A stretch of DNA of 64,000 nucleotides, taken from Selaginella moellendorffii. Taxonomy: Eukaryota > Plantae > Lycopodiophyta. The notes under the pieces were generated by a model. It was not told the origin of the DNA, did no database searches, and was given only the letters and a program-made list of their open reading frames with translations. Made by a program: the position numbers and the translations under genes. The stretch lies in assembly GCF_000143415.4 (NCBI RefSeq), contig NW_003314316.1, forward strand, positions 62,001 to 126,000, read 5' to 3'. Below are positions 10,682-21,619 of the stretch, piece after piece; position 1 is the stretch's first letter; each line of letters starts with the position of its first letter.

Positions 10682-11362
10682 AGAGGAGGTGAGCGTAGGC
10701 CACACTACCAAGTCTCCCATGTATCGTACGATGCGGTTTGTGTCCTCCGGCGTGGCCGACTGGTGAGGGAGGTGGTTTTGGCCGATGAGGACAGAATAAT
10801 GCCGAGCCCACTTCCTCCGTATACGTGGAGCATCGTCGGGGAAGGCTCACAAACAGCCTCCTACCTGGACCATCTGAAGGACCACGTCAAGTTGCCCCCA
10901 AAATTTGGGTGGTTCGCCGCGACAAGACACCAGTAGTGGCTCTCCGTGAGCAGTGCAGTGTTCTCAGCTGATTTCAGTGGCACTTCCGATGCCGCCATCT
11001 GCTTGGTGCAATCTATCCTAGCAGGGACAGCGATTGACGGCCTGAGGGCTCTCATCGAAGTGAAAAAGCCTGCAGCTTCGAGGACTGGAGAATACCAATC
11101 CGAAGCAGAATTGCTCCTGGGGAGCTTTAAAAGCTCCCAAGACATTCTGCATCTGAAAATGGACATTGTAGTCGGCAAAATCAGAGTGATGTGGCTGGCT
11201 GGTGGTTTCATCAACAAGACTTCTTTGGACGCTAATATTGGCATGGGTTTCCTTGCATATGCTCTAAATCATTCCAAGGGCATTAGTGGTGCCATGGCGA
11301 GCTTACCTTGGGACATTGAGTCAGCTGGGGATGGCCTCTTGCGGCCTCACATCGCCAGCTGA
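10682..11362 (+). pseudogene. Crinkler-type PD-(D/E)XK nuclease paralogue with an in-frame nonsense codon
   Basis: One frame reads PPYTWSIVGEGSQTASYLDHLKDHVKLP..Q*W..FSGTSDAAI..GLRALIEVKK..YQSEAELL; TAG at 10934-10936; 5' end degenerate. Confidence 0.65.
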
Positions 11363-11999
11363 GGTGGATTCTTCGGTCATCATTCTTCCCCAACAACTTT
11401 CTCGGAGAACGTCTTAGCCTCGAGCTCTTTGCCTCTCCAGCAAAATTCATCGAATTCGTGGCGGTTGCAGTTTTTCCGACGTGAAGCTTTGCTCCAGCAT
11501 CTGGCATGTGTTAAGCGTTGGGTCATTTTATAACCCTTTTAATTCACGAGCTGACCGCGAGCTGACTCAAATTTCTAATGTAGTTCAATAAAAATATTAC
11601 AAAGTTAAGGTTCATGGTGAACCTAACTTTGCAATATATTTTAACATCTGTTTGCATTTTATATAAATAAAAATATTTTGTTAGAGATTTCTTATCAATA
11701 TTCTATGTGCCAAAATATATAGGTTCATCAGAATTGTAAATAAGATAAGATTTAGATCCATTCTATATGCTTTTTATAAATTATTATGCCAAGATTCTTT
11801 TGAATTAAGATTCTTTTGGAAGGCTATGTATCTATGAGAAGCATGAATATTATGGGTATTATTGCAAAAAGAACACTTGTATATAAAATTTAAAAAAATT
11901 AAAAATAAAAGTTATATAAAATGAAAAGTATGTATTTCTAATAATTATATAAAATATAAAAGTTTTTAATATTGGTAGAGAATACACATAATCTAATTA

Positions 12000-13110
12000 C
12001 CTCCAAAATCTTCTATAACTCAACAATAGTAAGGCTTGTTTGATGTATATGAATATCCACTATATAATGCAAGATGTTGATTAAGACATAGTATATATGT
12101 TTGCAAGGAGTATATACCTTTTTATGTTCCTCGCAGTTTATAAAGTTTGAACATATGCAAGAAAGAAAGTTTTGAATGACAATTATATACTTTTCACTTT
12201 TTGTTTTCACAGTGTACTCTTTTGCTAGTGCATTGATGTACTTCATAGAAAGAATCTCACACTTAAACGTCTAAATTAAATTTATTTTATCTTACTTTTG
12301 CTTGGAGATGGTATTAATAAATTTAATTGCTTTACCTTTTCTTGTAAGTCTCTTATGCATCTCTATGGGAATAGTGTTAATTCTATTACTCATGTATTTA
12401 ACTCTCCTCCTCTCAAAATTGAAACAAGATTTCTTAAGATTTTCAATCTCATATGAAGTGAACTCAACCCTAGTAGCAATTGGCCATTCTTTAAGTACTG
12501 TATTAGGTTTTATCATCAAGATTCTCTATCTTATAGAAGAAAGTTGCAAATAGCATAATAAAATGAAACATTTTTGCAAAATTGATATTTGAATTTAACA
12601 TTAATGGTGTTATAGATGGGAGGATTGATTGCAAATCCTTCAAAAAATATGAATTTTTTACTGTGCTCTCAATTGCATGCTTCATTCATGCAATCTAAAT
12701 ACCCACTAGAATGAACCATAGACATTGTACCATCCCTTTTCGTTTTGAGCTGGCAAGAGGTGATAACTCAAAGAAGATGTTGCTATTATATGTGGATCAA
12801 AGCTCACTTACAGGCCTATGCAAAAAATGAATGCATGTTAATAGAAGGGCAGGAAAACTAAAAAGCATTGCAAATAACTTTGAATATCAATGAAGTTGGA
12901 GTTGGCAAATTTGTGGCTAACACTAAATAGGCATTTCCACTATAACTAAAAGAGGAGAAAATAATAACAATCAACTTTTGCTTCACATTCTCTTTAGCAT
13001 GATTACAGCCTTACACTTTGATTGGAGATCCAAAAACTCTAATCTCCTTGGATTTGGAATGTTGCAAATTCCGATACTATCCACCTTCATCCATACTCGA
13101 AAGAAAAAAC
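12000..13110 (-). pseudogene. Highly decayed AT-rich ORF relic with a SWIM zinc finger (possibly Mutator-like transposase related)
   Basis: 12013-12246 encodes YIIVIQNFLSCICSNF...PCKHIYYVL (CxC...CxH SWIM pattern); broken upstream frames at 12292-13100. Confidence 0.5.
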
Positions 13111-13114
13111 TCTA

Positions 13115-13290
13115 TGTGAGACATAAATCCCTATCCCCCAAAGTGAAGCTAAAACATTGTTATATCGCAATGGTTGAAGTAGAAGTCCAATGAGCATAAC
13201 ATGTTTAGATTAAAAATTCCAACTCGGAAAGTCGAGAGCAGGAGTGGAACTCTTGAAAAAGTGCTCAAGGAACGAATGCTCACTTACACT
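13115..13290 (+). repeat. TG-initiated LTR-like repeat, copy 1 (homologous to 13840-14010)
   Basis: TGTGAGACATAAATCC...GAAAGTCGAGAGCAGGAGTG matches TGTGATATATAAATCC...GAAAAGTCGAGAGCAGGAGTG. Confidence 0.6.
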
Positions 13291-13316
13291 CTAATCATTC
13301 AACTAAACTGGTGTTG

Positions 13317-13838
13317 TGTAAATAGTCAAAAAGAACAATTCAAGAAATAATTTATAGAGGTTCAAATATAAAAGTTCAAATATAGAGGTAATGGGCTTAT
13401 AAACAAAAATGCACTTTTTTTTCCAATTGCTTAAGAGTGTTAAAATACTTGGGGTTAAACATCCTTGGGTTTAAGTAATGACCTCCCAAATTCAAGAATT
13501 TCCATTTGGTATTAGAGTGGTCTCAGGTTTGACTTTATTGGTTCACTAGGGGAATCACACCATATGTAAGATTGATATTAGGCAGGTTTAATTTGCCTCT
13601 AGCTATGCTTGAACTAAAGGGTAGGGTGTCAAGAGAGTAGTTTTTAGGAGAATTGCAACTCTCAACTTTCATTTATGAGGGCATAAATTTATAGGGAAGT
13701 ATAATGAATTGCAAATAACTAAAGGGAATAACTTGAAAAACTATTTATTGGGGTTCAAATATAAAAGTAAAGGGCTTATGAACAAGAATGCACTCCCTTT
13801 TTCAATTAGTTAAGGGTCTTGGGATACTTGGGGTTAAG
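13317..13838 (+). mobile_element. Old, decayed Cassandra-type TRIM; 3' LTR truncated
   Basis: Reverse complement of 15575-16167 with heavy C>T/G>A decay; PBS TGGTATTAGAG 13507-13517; second LTR starts at ~13710 and is cut at ~13838. Confidence 0.8.
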
Positions 13839-14079
13839 TTGTGATATATAAATCCTTAAGCCCCAAAGTGGAGCTGAAAAGGTGCCACGTGGTAATGGCC
13901 GAAGCAAAAGCCAAATGAGCGTAACATGTTTGGACTAAAAGCTCCAGTTTGAAAAGTCGAGAGCAGGAGTGAAACTTCCAACGAAATGCTTAAGGAACAA
14001 GCACGAAGCGAGCAATAAGTGAGTCTCTAAAAAAAGGACACAAGAGGACCAACACATGACACGTGGAAGTGTCAAAGTT

Positions 14080-14425
14080 GGAGTCTAAGATAGACTTAAG
14101 ATGGAGTCCAAGATGGATTCGAGATGGAGTTCGAAATGGACCCAAGATGGAGTCCGAGATGGAGTTTGAGATGGACCCGAGATGGAGTCTGAGATGGACC
14201 CGAGATGGAGTCTGAGATGGACCCGAGATGGACCCGAGATGAAGTCCAAGATGGAGTCCAAGATGGACCCGAGATGGAATCTGAGATGGAATCCGAGATG
14301 GACTCGAGATGGAGTCTGAGATGGAACCGAGACCGAGACCGAAACCGAAACCGAGTCCAAGTCCAAGATTGAGACCAAGACTGAGACCGAGTCTAAGACC
14401 GAGACCAAGACCGAGTCCAGTTCCA
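14080..14425. repeat. Degenerate GAGATGGA(G/C)(T/C)CC 12-mer and GAGACC 6-mer tandem array
   Basis: Directly visible periodicity. Confidence 0.9.
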
Positions 14426-15299
14426 AAGAGTTCCAAAAATATAGTAGGGAGAGTGTGGGGGTTGGACCCCAGTGGAGCCAATTTGGCCAGGAAGGACCAG
14501 TTTAGCCCAGGAAGGCCATACTTAATTATTGGGTGATAAAATAACCACTAGGAAGTCCAAGGCTAAAGTGAATATGAACTGACAAGTGAGGTAGCTTGGT
14601 GAAGTGTTCAAAAGCCAACTCTAGCTCCCTCAGGAGATCAAATGGTTGATGCTCCTAATCCAAGCGTAGGTAGCACTACCTACTTGGATACTTGACATGG
14701 CTCAACGGAACCTTGCTCTAAACCCATGGCTAAAGCACCCAAAAGTAGAAGGTGGGGAGAGTACTCATGAGGCTCGTGTAGGGCCACAGTGTTCCGAAAT
14801 GTTGTCCCAAAGTCCCAGACTATGGAAAGGAAGAGGAGTGGTCCTCTGGTGTAGTGACTAAGGATACGGTCATATGGTGAAGAAGTCCTAAAAATCAGTG
14901 GGACTTAATGGTGAGACTTATGGGCTTTGTCCCAGTGGAAGTGTTAGTGAACACGGCTATAGACAAGAAAAGGACTTGGTGGGGACTATAAAAGAAATAT
15001 TGAGGAATGTTATTCCCCATGTCTATGGGTATCTTGAGGATGTTAAGGAATGGATCTAGGATGATCACTCATGGACAGATGGCCCAATCTTTGAGAGACG
15101 AAACTGCGATGTAGGTGGTGTTGAACTATTAGTGTGACCAAAGTGAATGGGCATGGCATTAGTGTAATGGGTTGATATGTCAATAGTACCTTGGGGTGTT
15201 AGTCATGGGATCGGACATGTGTGTAAGGAACTAACTCCCTGAGGTGTCAAAGGCTAAAAGATCCTCGAAAGCACGATCAAAATGATAAAGAATTCATCA

Positions 15300-15500
15300 G
15301 ATGAGACTGAGTCCAAAGTCGAGTCCGAAACTAACTCTAAGACCGAATTCGAGACCGAGTTCGAGATCAAGTCCAAGACCGACTCCAAGACCGAGTTTGT
15401 GACCGAATTTGAGACCAAATCCGAAATTGAGTCCAAGACCGACTCCAAGACCGAGTTTGTGACCGAGTTTGAGACCGAATCCGAAATTGAGTTCGAGACC
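15300..15500. repeat. Degenerate GAGACC/GAGTCC hexamer array with a 60-bp higher-order repeat
   Basis: Lines 15361 and 15421 are near-identical at a 60-bp offset. Confidence 0.85.
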
Positions 15501-15574
15501 CGTGCATGATCTCGTCCGAATTGCAATGATTTATGAGAGCTATGGGGACGTCCATGCTAGATCAATCATACTGT

Positions 15575-16167
15575 TGTAAGCTTCTGAGTTTGGACTTCCC
15601 GGAAGGTCACCCAGCCCAGTACTATTCAAACCCAAGGACGCTTAACCCCAAATATCCCAAGACCCTTAACCGATTGGAAAAGGGGGTGCACTCTTGTTCA
15701 TGGGCCCTTTCCCTCTATATTTGAACCCCATGGATCGTCTCTCGAGTCGTTCCCTTTGGTTGCTTACAATCCACCACGCTTCCCTGCAAGTTCACGCCCT
15801 CGTGAACGGAAGCTGAGAGCTGCAGCTCTCCCGAGAGCCCCGCTCTCTTGACACCCTACCCCTCGGGTCGAGCCCAGTGGGAGCAAACTGGACCAGCCAG
15901 ATGTCAATCAACATGTGGTGCGATTCCCCTAGCCAACCAACAGAGTCGGACCCGAGACCTCTCTGATACCAAATGTAAACTCCTGAGTTTGGACTTCCCG
16001 GAAGGTCACCCAGCCCAGTACTATTCAAACCCAAAGACGCTTAACCCCAAATATCCCAAGACCCTTAACCGATTGGAAAAGGGGGTGCACTCTTGTTCAT
16101 GGGCCCTTTCCCTCTATATTTGAACCCCATGGATCGTCTCTCGAGTCGTTCCCTTTGGTTGCTTACA
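15575..16167 (-). mobile_element. Cassandra-type TRIM (593 bp) with a 5S rRNA-derived segment in both LTRs; young
   Basis: 194-bp LTRs at 15575-15768 and 15974-16167 (3 mismatches); TSD ACTGT; PBS TGGTATCAGAG 15961-15971; purine-rich tract next to 15769; no ORF. Confidence 0.95.
15592..15647 (-). promoter_or_regulatory. 5S rRNA internal control region-like segment (A box/IE/C box) in the LTR; second copy at 15991-16046
   Basis: GGTTAAGCGTCCTTGGGTTTGAATAGTACTGGGCTGGGTGACCTTCCGGGAAGTCC versus plant 5S AGTTAAGCGTGCTTGGGCGAGAGTAGTACTAGGATGGGTGACCTCCTGGGAAGTCC. Confidence 0.9.
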
Positions 16168-16299
16168 ACTGTTCAGGCAAATGTTCGAAGCAACAGTAAT
16201 AAGCAAAGTGATAGCTCACAAATCACAAGTCACGACCGTTTTAGCGCTTTAGCTCGCAAGGGTTAGAATTTCTGGACCTGGCCGATAATCAAAACAAAT

Positions 16300-17920
16300 C
16301 CATATGTTTAGGGTAGATTCTCTGGCCGTTCAATCCTACAAATACTTACTTAAGACTCTAAGGTGGCGCTGAGGGCTTTGGGAAAGAGAGTATGGCATTT
16401 TCAGTCTTTTGCGGCCAGCCACTTCAGCAGCGGAAGAATCATTGTCCCTGCACAGGCTAGCGCCATTCTCCAATCTGTGCAGTTTTTGCTTTGGAGATGT
16501 GGGAGTGGATTTTGGTTCAGGGGCTGGAGTCACCTTGGGAGCCATGGGAAGTAACTTCTCTTGGAGGGATTGACACGAGCCTTCCACGAGTCGGCTTTTC
16601 CTAGAGGCCCAACCGCCGCCCTAAAAAGGAAGTTGGGAGGAAAAAGAGCAGTGGTGCATAGGAGTCAAGCTGTGGCCGGGGAGGAGTGGGCTGAAATGAA
16701 GGGCCCGGGACGGAGAAAGGAGAGAAACTGGATCCAGTGAAAGCAGCGATCCATCTATGTGACGAGAAGAAAGCAGAGAACAAAGTGGGTTTCAAAGGCG
16801 AGGGAACCTTGGATGGGCAGGAACAAGGACAACCAGACATATCTAGTGAGCAGAATGCAGAGAGAAAGGTTGCTAGAGGTATGGAGAAACGGTCACGATC
16901 GGGCGAGGAGGAGGAAGCCTTGCAGGACATTCAAGGGACTGTGATGCCAGAGGAGTTGAAGCAACTAGTGCCAAGATTTCCTCATGTTTCCTGACGGCAT
17001 ATCGCGTCTATGGAGCCAAGCGAGAGAACGGGTAGAAGGCATCATATTATCTGGAGCCAGGCTCTCCAACGCCAACAAGAGCATTCGAGGAGCGAGGTCA
17101 GGAGTTGCTCGCACAAGGACTCATCGAAAACAACTTGCGGTCATTTGTAGCTCCAGTATTGCTTGCCCTCAAGAAAGATGGCTATCAACTACCGTCAGCT
17201 CAACAAGTGGATCTATTTGACAACTTAAGAAAGGCTTGCAAAGTGTTAGGCAATTGAGAACTGAATTATGCGTCCCATTGCCACCCCACTAACAGACATC
17301 TTACGTTCATGCGGCTTTCTGTGGAACAAAAAATTCTGAAGCACATGTAGCGGGCAAATGGCACTCCACTGAGGTCTGTTCTACACACTGATCACCTCAG
17401 TATAAAGTTTATCTTGGACCAAGCTCACCTTAACAAGAAGTAGAGACGTTGGGTATTGCAACCTCAAGCACTGGAATTTTCCATAGAGTTCAAGCCAGGT
17501 CACTCGAATGTTCTTCCCAACTCATTATTGAGAAAGTTCAAAAAGCCACCATTGTCCATGTTTGCGTTGCTATAGGAGCAGTGATTATGTATAGCAAGTT
17601 CATCAAGAGTATGACAGTGTTCCAAATGTAGGAAAACTTTCAACATCATAAGTTTTCTTTTTGCTGTGGTGGGGGTAGTGTATTCTCAGCCAGAGTTGCG
17701 GCAACAACAACAGCAATCCAAACGTTTCCACTGGAAGGGCATGCACAAAGACATACGAACATGGATAGTGCATTGTCTCGTCTGTCAACGAATTGAGACA
17801 GTTTGTGGGTCTCCCTTCAATCTAGCCCAAGGATGCAACCTTGGTTATTGTTGTCAACATTTTCAGCAGAGAAGGTTGCAAACAAATTTACAGTATGTAT
17901 GAGAAGACTATACTCTTATA
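16300..17920 (+). pseudogene. Heavily deleted Ty3/gypsy gag-pol relic
   Basis: About 17095-17180 encodes QELLAQGLIENNLRSFVAPVLLALKKDG (RT N-terminus); about 17725-17790 encodes FHWKGMHKDIRTWIVHCLVCQR (integrase). Confidence 0.65.
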
Positions 17921-17929
17921 TTGCTTTAG

Positions 17930-18548
17930 TAAATAATATAATATTTTGATTTTTAAAAATAAAATAATTTGCTTTATGTTGCATGCTTTGATTAATAGTA
18001 GTGTTATTTCTATTATTAATCCAATTGATCAACTGGAAGTAAACATGTTTATAATTTATAAACACAATATTATTAGATGGTAGAATAAATAAATTGCTTG
18101 GTTTGCTTAATAGCAGTTTTATTATTACTTATTAGTATACTTGATCAAATAAAGTTTATAATTATAAACATGTTTGTAATTTATAAAAACAAGATTAATC
18201 TAGCCATTAGATAATAGAATTCTAGAAATGGTTTTTATAAATTATAAATATAAAATTAATCTAAATGAATAACAACTGTCAGATGGTAAAATATCTTAAA
18301 ATATTTAAGTATATTTTAAGTATATTCACTATCATCCTAACCCCCCTACAGATTTTCTTAAGCAAACAAAAAATAATGCATTAGAAAGTGTTTAGAAAAG
18401 TTTATAAATTATAAACATATTTATAAATTATAAATGAATAACAACCTTTAAATGGTAAAATATCCTAGAAGATTCAAGCATATCTTAGATATATTCACTA
18501 CCGTACAAATTCACTTAAGCAAACCAAAAATTCATCATTTAAGCAAAA
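17930..18548. repeat. AT-rich complex repeat, second copy
   Basis: Same sub-units as 660-1126 and 6665-7740. Confidence 0.75.
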
Positions 18549-18628
18549 CACATACAAAGGCTCTTGATAACTTAATAAACAGTTTTTAAGCGTTTAAACC
18601 ACCTGATAGATTGAAGGAGGCATGCAGG

Positions 18629-19919
18629 CTAAAAGCGGCGAATGGTGACCCTTGCCTTGGCCTTGTCCTTGAGAGTCATGGCCCAGACAGCCTTTGGAGC
18701 AATCCCTTTGCTGTCGTCCTCCACAACTTCGTACCCCATATGTCCGGCAAACATGAAAGCCTCGTAAGCTTTCCCGTTGTCGTCCACCTTGACATCCACC
18801 GTGACGTAGCCGGGAGGGATACTGTTGTCCTCGATGACTGGATACTCGAGCTCCACAGCGTCGTTGTAAAAGTCCTTTCGGTAGGACTTTTCATCGCCAT
18901 GCCAGTGTCCATCGCTGTCGAAGACGCAGAAGGCAGAGATCCAGCCGGAGATGTATCGCGGGCCCGATCCTCCTCCAATCCGGTGGCAAATCCTGTTCCA
19001 AAAGTCCGTGTCAGCGTTACCTTTGCTGCTCTCCACGAACTGGGCGGTGATTTTTTTGAGCATGACACGCCACTTCTGGCACTCGCTCCCGTATTTCTCC
19101 AGCTCGTCCACCCTCCGATCGATTTCCTCCCAATCCTCGGTGGTTCCCAGGAGAGTCACGTATGGAATCCCGCAGCAGAGACGAAACCTGGGAGAAGATC
19201 ACCCAAAAAAGTTGCCAGCTTTAAAGACAACAAGAAAATCAATGGAAAATCCACACCCAAAAACCACGAACACCACACCAAACACGTAGAAAACCCATGA
19301 ACTCCATGCATTGCAAGACACTCATCGAAACAAAGAACTTAAAAACACAAATGCAAACGAGAAAAATAAAAACCATGAAGAAAGCTTGCCTGTATTCGAA
19401 GTAGCTCTTGAAGGTGGCCATGAGAACCACACTGCCCACCACCACATCGTTCTTGGTCGTGGTCGAGAAGCTCGGCAAGATCCAGTCGCAAACCTTCTCG
19501 TCCTTGACAGTCTCCTTGAGCGCCACGCTCATCTCCCTCGCCAGGAGCCCATAGTCGCCGCTGTGGAGCGCGGCCTGCTCGGACACAACCAGCTCCTTCT
19601 TTCCCTCGTGATCCACCAAGATGGATCGCAGCGCCTCCGCGTTGCCATTGACGAAGAATCCAAACTGGACAGCGATGGCGAGCCACACATCGTCGGGCCG
19701 GATCACCAGATTGTGATGGAAGCTGTAAGCTTTGATCGCAGCTGCCACAAACCCGTTCTTTTCCGGCAGAAACGCGGTCGCACCGACGCTTGTGCCCTGC
19801 AACACATCGTAGCAGCCCTCCTGCTCGAATTCCATGAATCGCTCCAGGAAATGGGCACTCCCCGCCGGAGATGGCTTCACCTCGGCCGGATCCTTCTTGG
19901 ACACCCTAAATGACACCAT
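18629..19919 (-). CDS. DUF4419-domain protein, intact; exons 19919-19390 and 19187-18629 (GC-AG intron)
   Basis: NGFV..AYSFHHNLVIRPDDVWLAI..QF..VN.NAE.LR..VDHEGKKEL; PSFSTTT..D..V..VVLM..F.SYFEY; spliced junction gives YR-FRLCCGIPYVTLLGTTEDW; GGSGPRYISGWISAF. Confidence 0.88.
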
Positions 19920-20116
19920 TCTCTCCTCTCCCCCCCTCGCTATTCTCTCTTCTCCTTCCTCGCTAGTCTTCGTACAAGTGGCCGTAGAAACCCCAAATCC
20001 CACAAATCTAGACCGTTAATATGAGAACTCCAAACCCACACCGTTAGATAAAGATCTTTACAAGCCTTCGAATCCACACCGTTAAATCAGTAGAGATAAA
20101 CACAACAGTTTAAATA

Positions 20117-20300
20117 TTAGCGAAAAAGCACCAGCTTATAGGAGATTGGCCTTCTTGAGCGTGTTCTTATGGCCCAGACGCTCTTTGGAGCATCGTCATC
20201 CTGGGCAATCTCGTATCCCATATGTCCCATCTTGACATCCACAGTGAGGTGGCCATCGGCTAGGGAGGAAAGCTCAGCAATATCGATCTTGTGGTGTTGC
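20117..20300 (-). pseudogene. DUF4419 exon-2 3' fragment with internal deletion
   Basis: GHLTVDVK-MGHMGYEIAQDD-APKSVWAI. Confidence 0.75.
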
Positions 20301-21619
20301 CTGCCCATTCACACAGGATCAGATCGAGCAAGAAGCATTTGCAACTCTCGTTGCGAACGTGGCTTTATGGCCATCAAGGCTCCAGGATTGGAGAGAGGAA
20401 GGCTCAGTATCTTGACGCACTGGAGGTAAGTAGAGTTTTCTATTTTCCAAGATTTGTACATCAGAGGCACGGGAAGCGGGCTGTCTTTGGATAAAGGTTG
20501 AAGTCCTTCGGAAGGACAACTGTTGGGGACAAGAAACCGACTCAAATTTGCAAGGTGTGTTTCCGATTGCTATTTCCATTCTCTGTCATAACTTTTCTTT
20601 GTAGGTGCTGAACGAAATTGTCCAATGGAGTCACAGCTGTGACTGCATGCATCGTTTTTTTGTTCTGTTTTCGTTTTAATATTGATTCACGCAGGTCGTA
20701 GATGTGAGGCCGAAGATCTGCTGCTGATGATGCCCTCCAAAGTTCATGGCAATGGTAAGAACATTGATGTTGCTGCTGGAGAAACTTTTGGAGATGAAAC
20801 AGAGGGACTCGGCACTCTGCCATTCATTGAAGACCAAGGAAGATCAAGCTCAGGGCAGAGGATATCTAAGGCCGGAACATTCTCACCAGCTTCTGGATAA
20901 GAGATTCTTTTTTTCTTCAGCTTAGTCATAAATTAAATATTACTAGACCTAAATAGTTAACATTGTTTATTAATATAATTTCAACTTAAAACCCCCTTGT
21001 TTGACGAGGGTTCTTTGTGATGTACCAACATCGAACACTGATGATGTACCAACATCATCGGACAAAGTGATAGAACTTCCACGGGGTGAGCCTGAGTGAA
21101 AGCAAAGAACTAGCTTCTATACCTCTAAGTAGGTATCCATCTAGCACTACCTGGTCAAAATCCCATTCTAGAACCTGTAATGCAGCAGTGTCTCCAAAAA
21201 TTTATTCAAGAGCCAAACTATTTACGGTTGCAACTAAAGTTTCTGCCTGGTCACTTGTCCCTTAATGTTTGGCACGGCGAAGTTTCAAAACACTTGAGTA
21301 GTGTTTGTAATAGATGAACAAAGTAACAAGAAAATCTACCATACCTTGATACTTTGTCCCCATGAAAGAAGAAACGAAATCGGAACTCCTGTCACTCTTG
21401 CCATTTAATTATAGTTTATACAAACATCAACTTTTCAAGCAATTGTTGAGGCAGATATGCATCCTAACAGAAGAAAATGGAAAATATAACATAAAACCAA
21501 AGTGCAAAGCACATTATCTTTTTGATCCAGGGATTCATGAAGCATGTGAGGAACAACATTTTTTTCAGTCTTTATATATATTATGTTGAATCCAGGGACA
21601 ACATGAAGCTTTCTACTTC

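Larger units (their letters stand above)
13840..15570 (+). mobile_element. Degenerate LTR-element-like sequence (copy 2 of the 13115 repeat) containing hexamer/dodecamer arrays
   Basis: Starts TGTGA; right boundary unresolved; possible knuckle/protease traces near 14760-14960 are weak. Confidence 0.4.

Noticed and set aside
10934-10936. Stop codon rescued by RNA editing or read-through
   Set aside because: Plant C/U editing is organellar and the 5' part of this gene is also broken; simple nonsense decay is more parsimonious.
13990-14536. Leu-Gly, Pro-Arg and Ser-Asp repeat ORFs
   Set aside because: Products of a stop-poor hexamer array that is open in several frames.
15592-15647. 5S rRNA gene
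   Set aside because: Only ~56 bp of the 3' half, embedded in LTRs of an element with PBS and TSD; it is a TRIM component, not an rRNA gene.
20320-21600. Short ORFs between the DUF4419 fragment and the extensin
   Set aside because: No motifs or consistent splice model.
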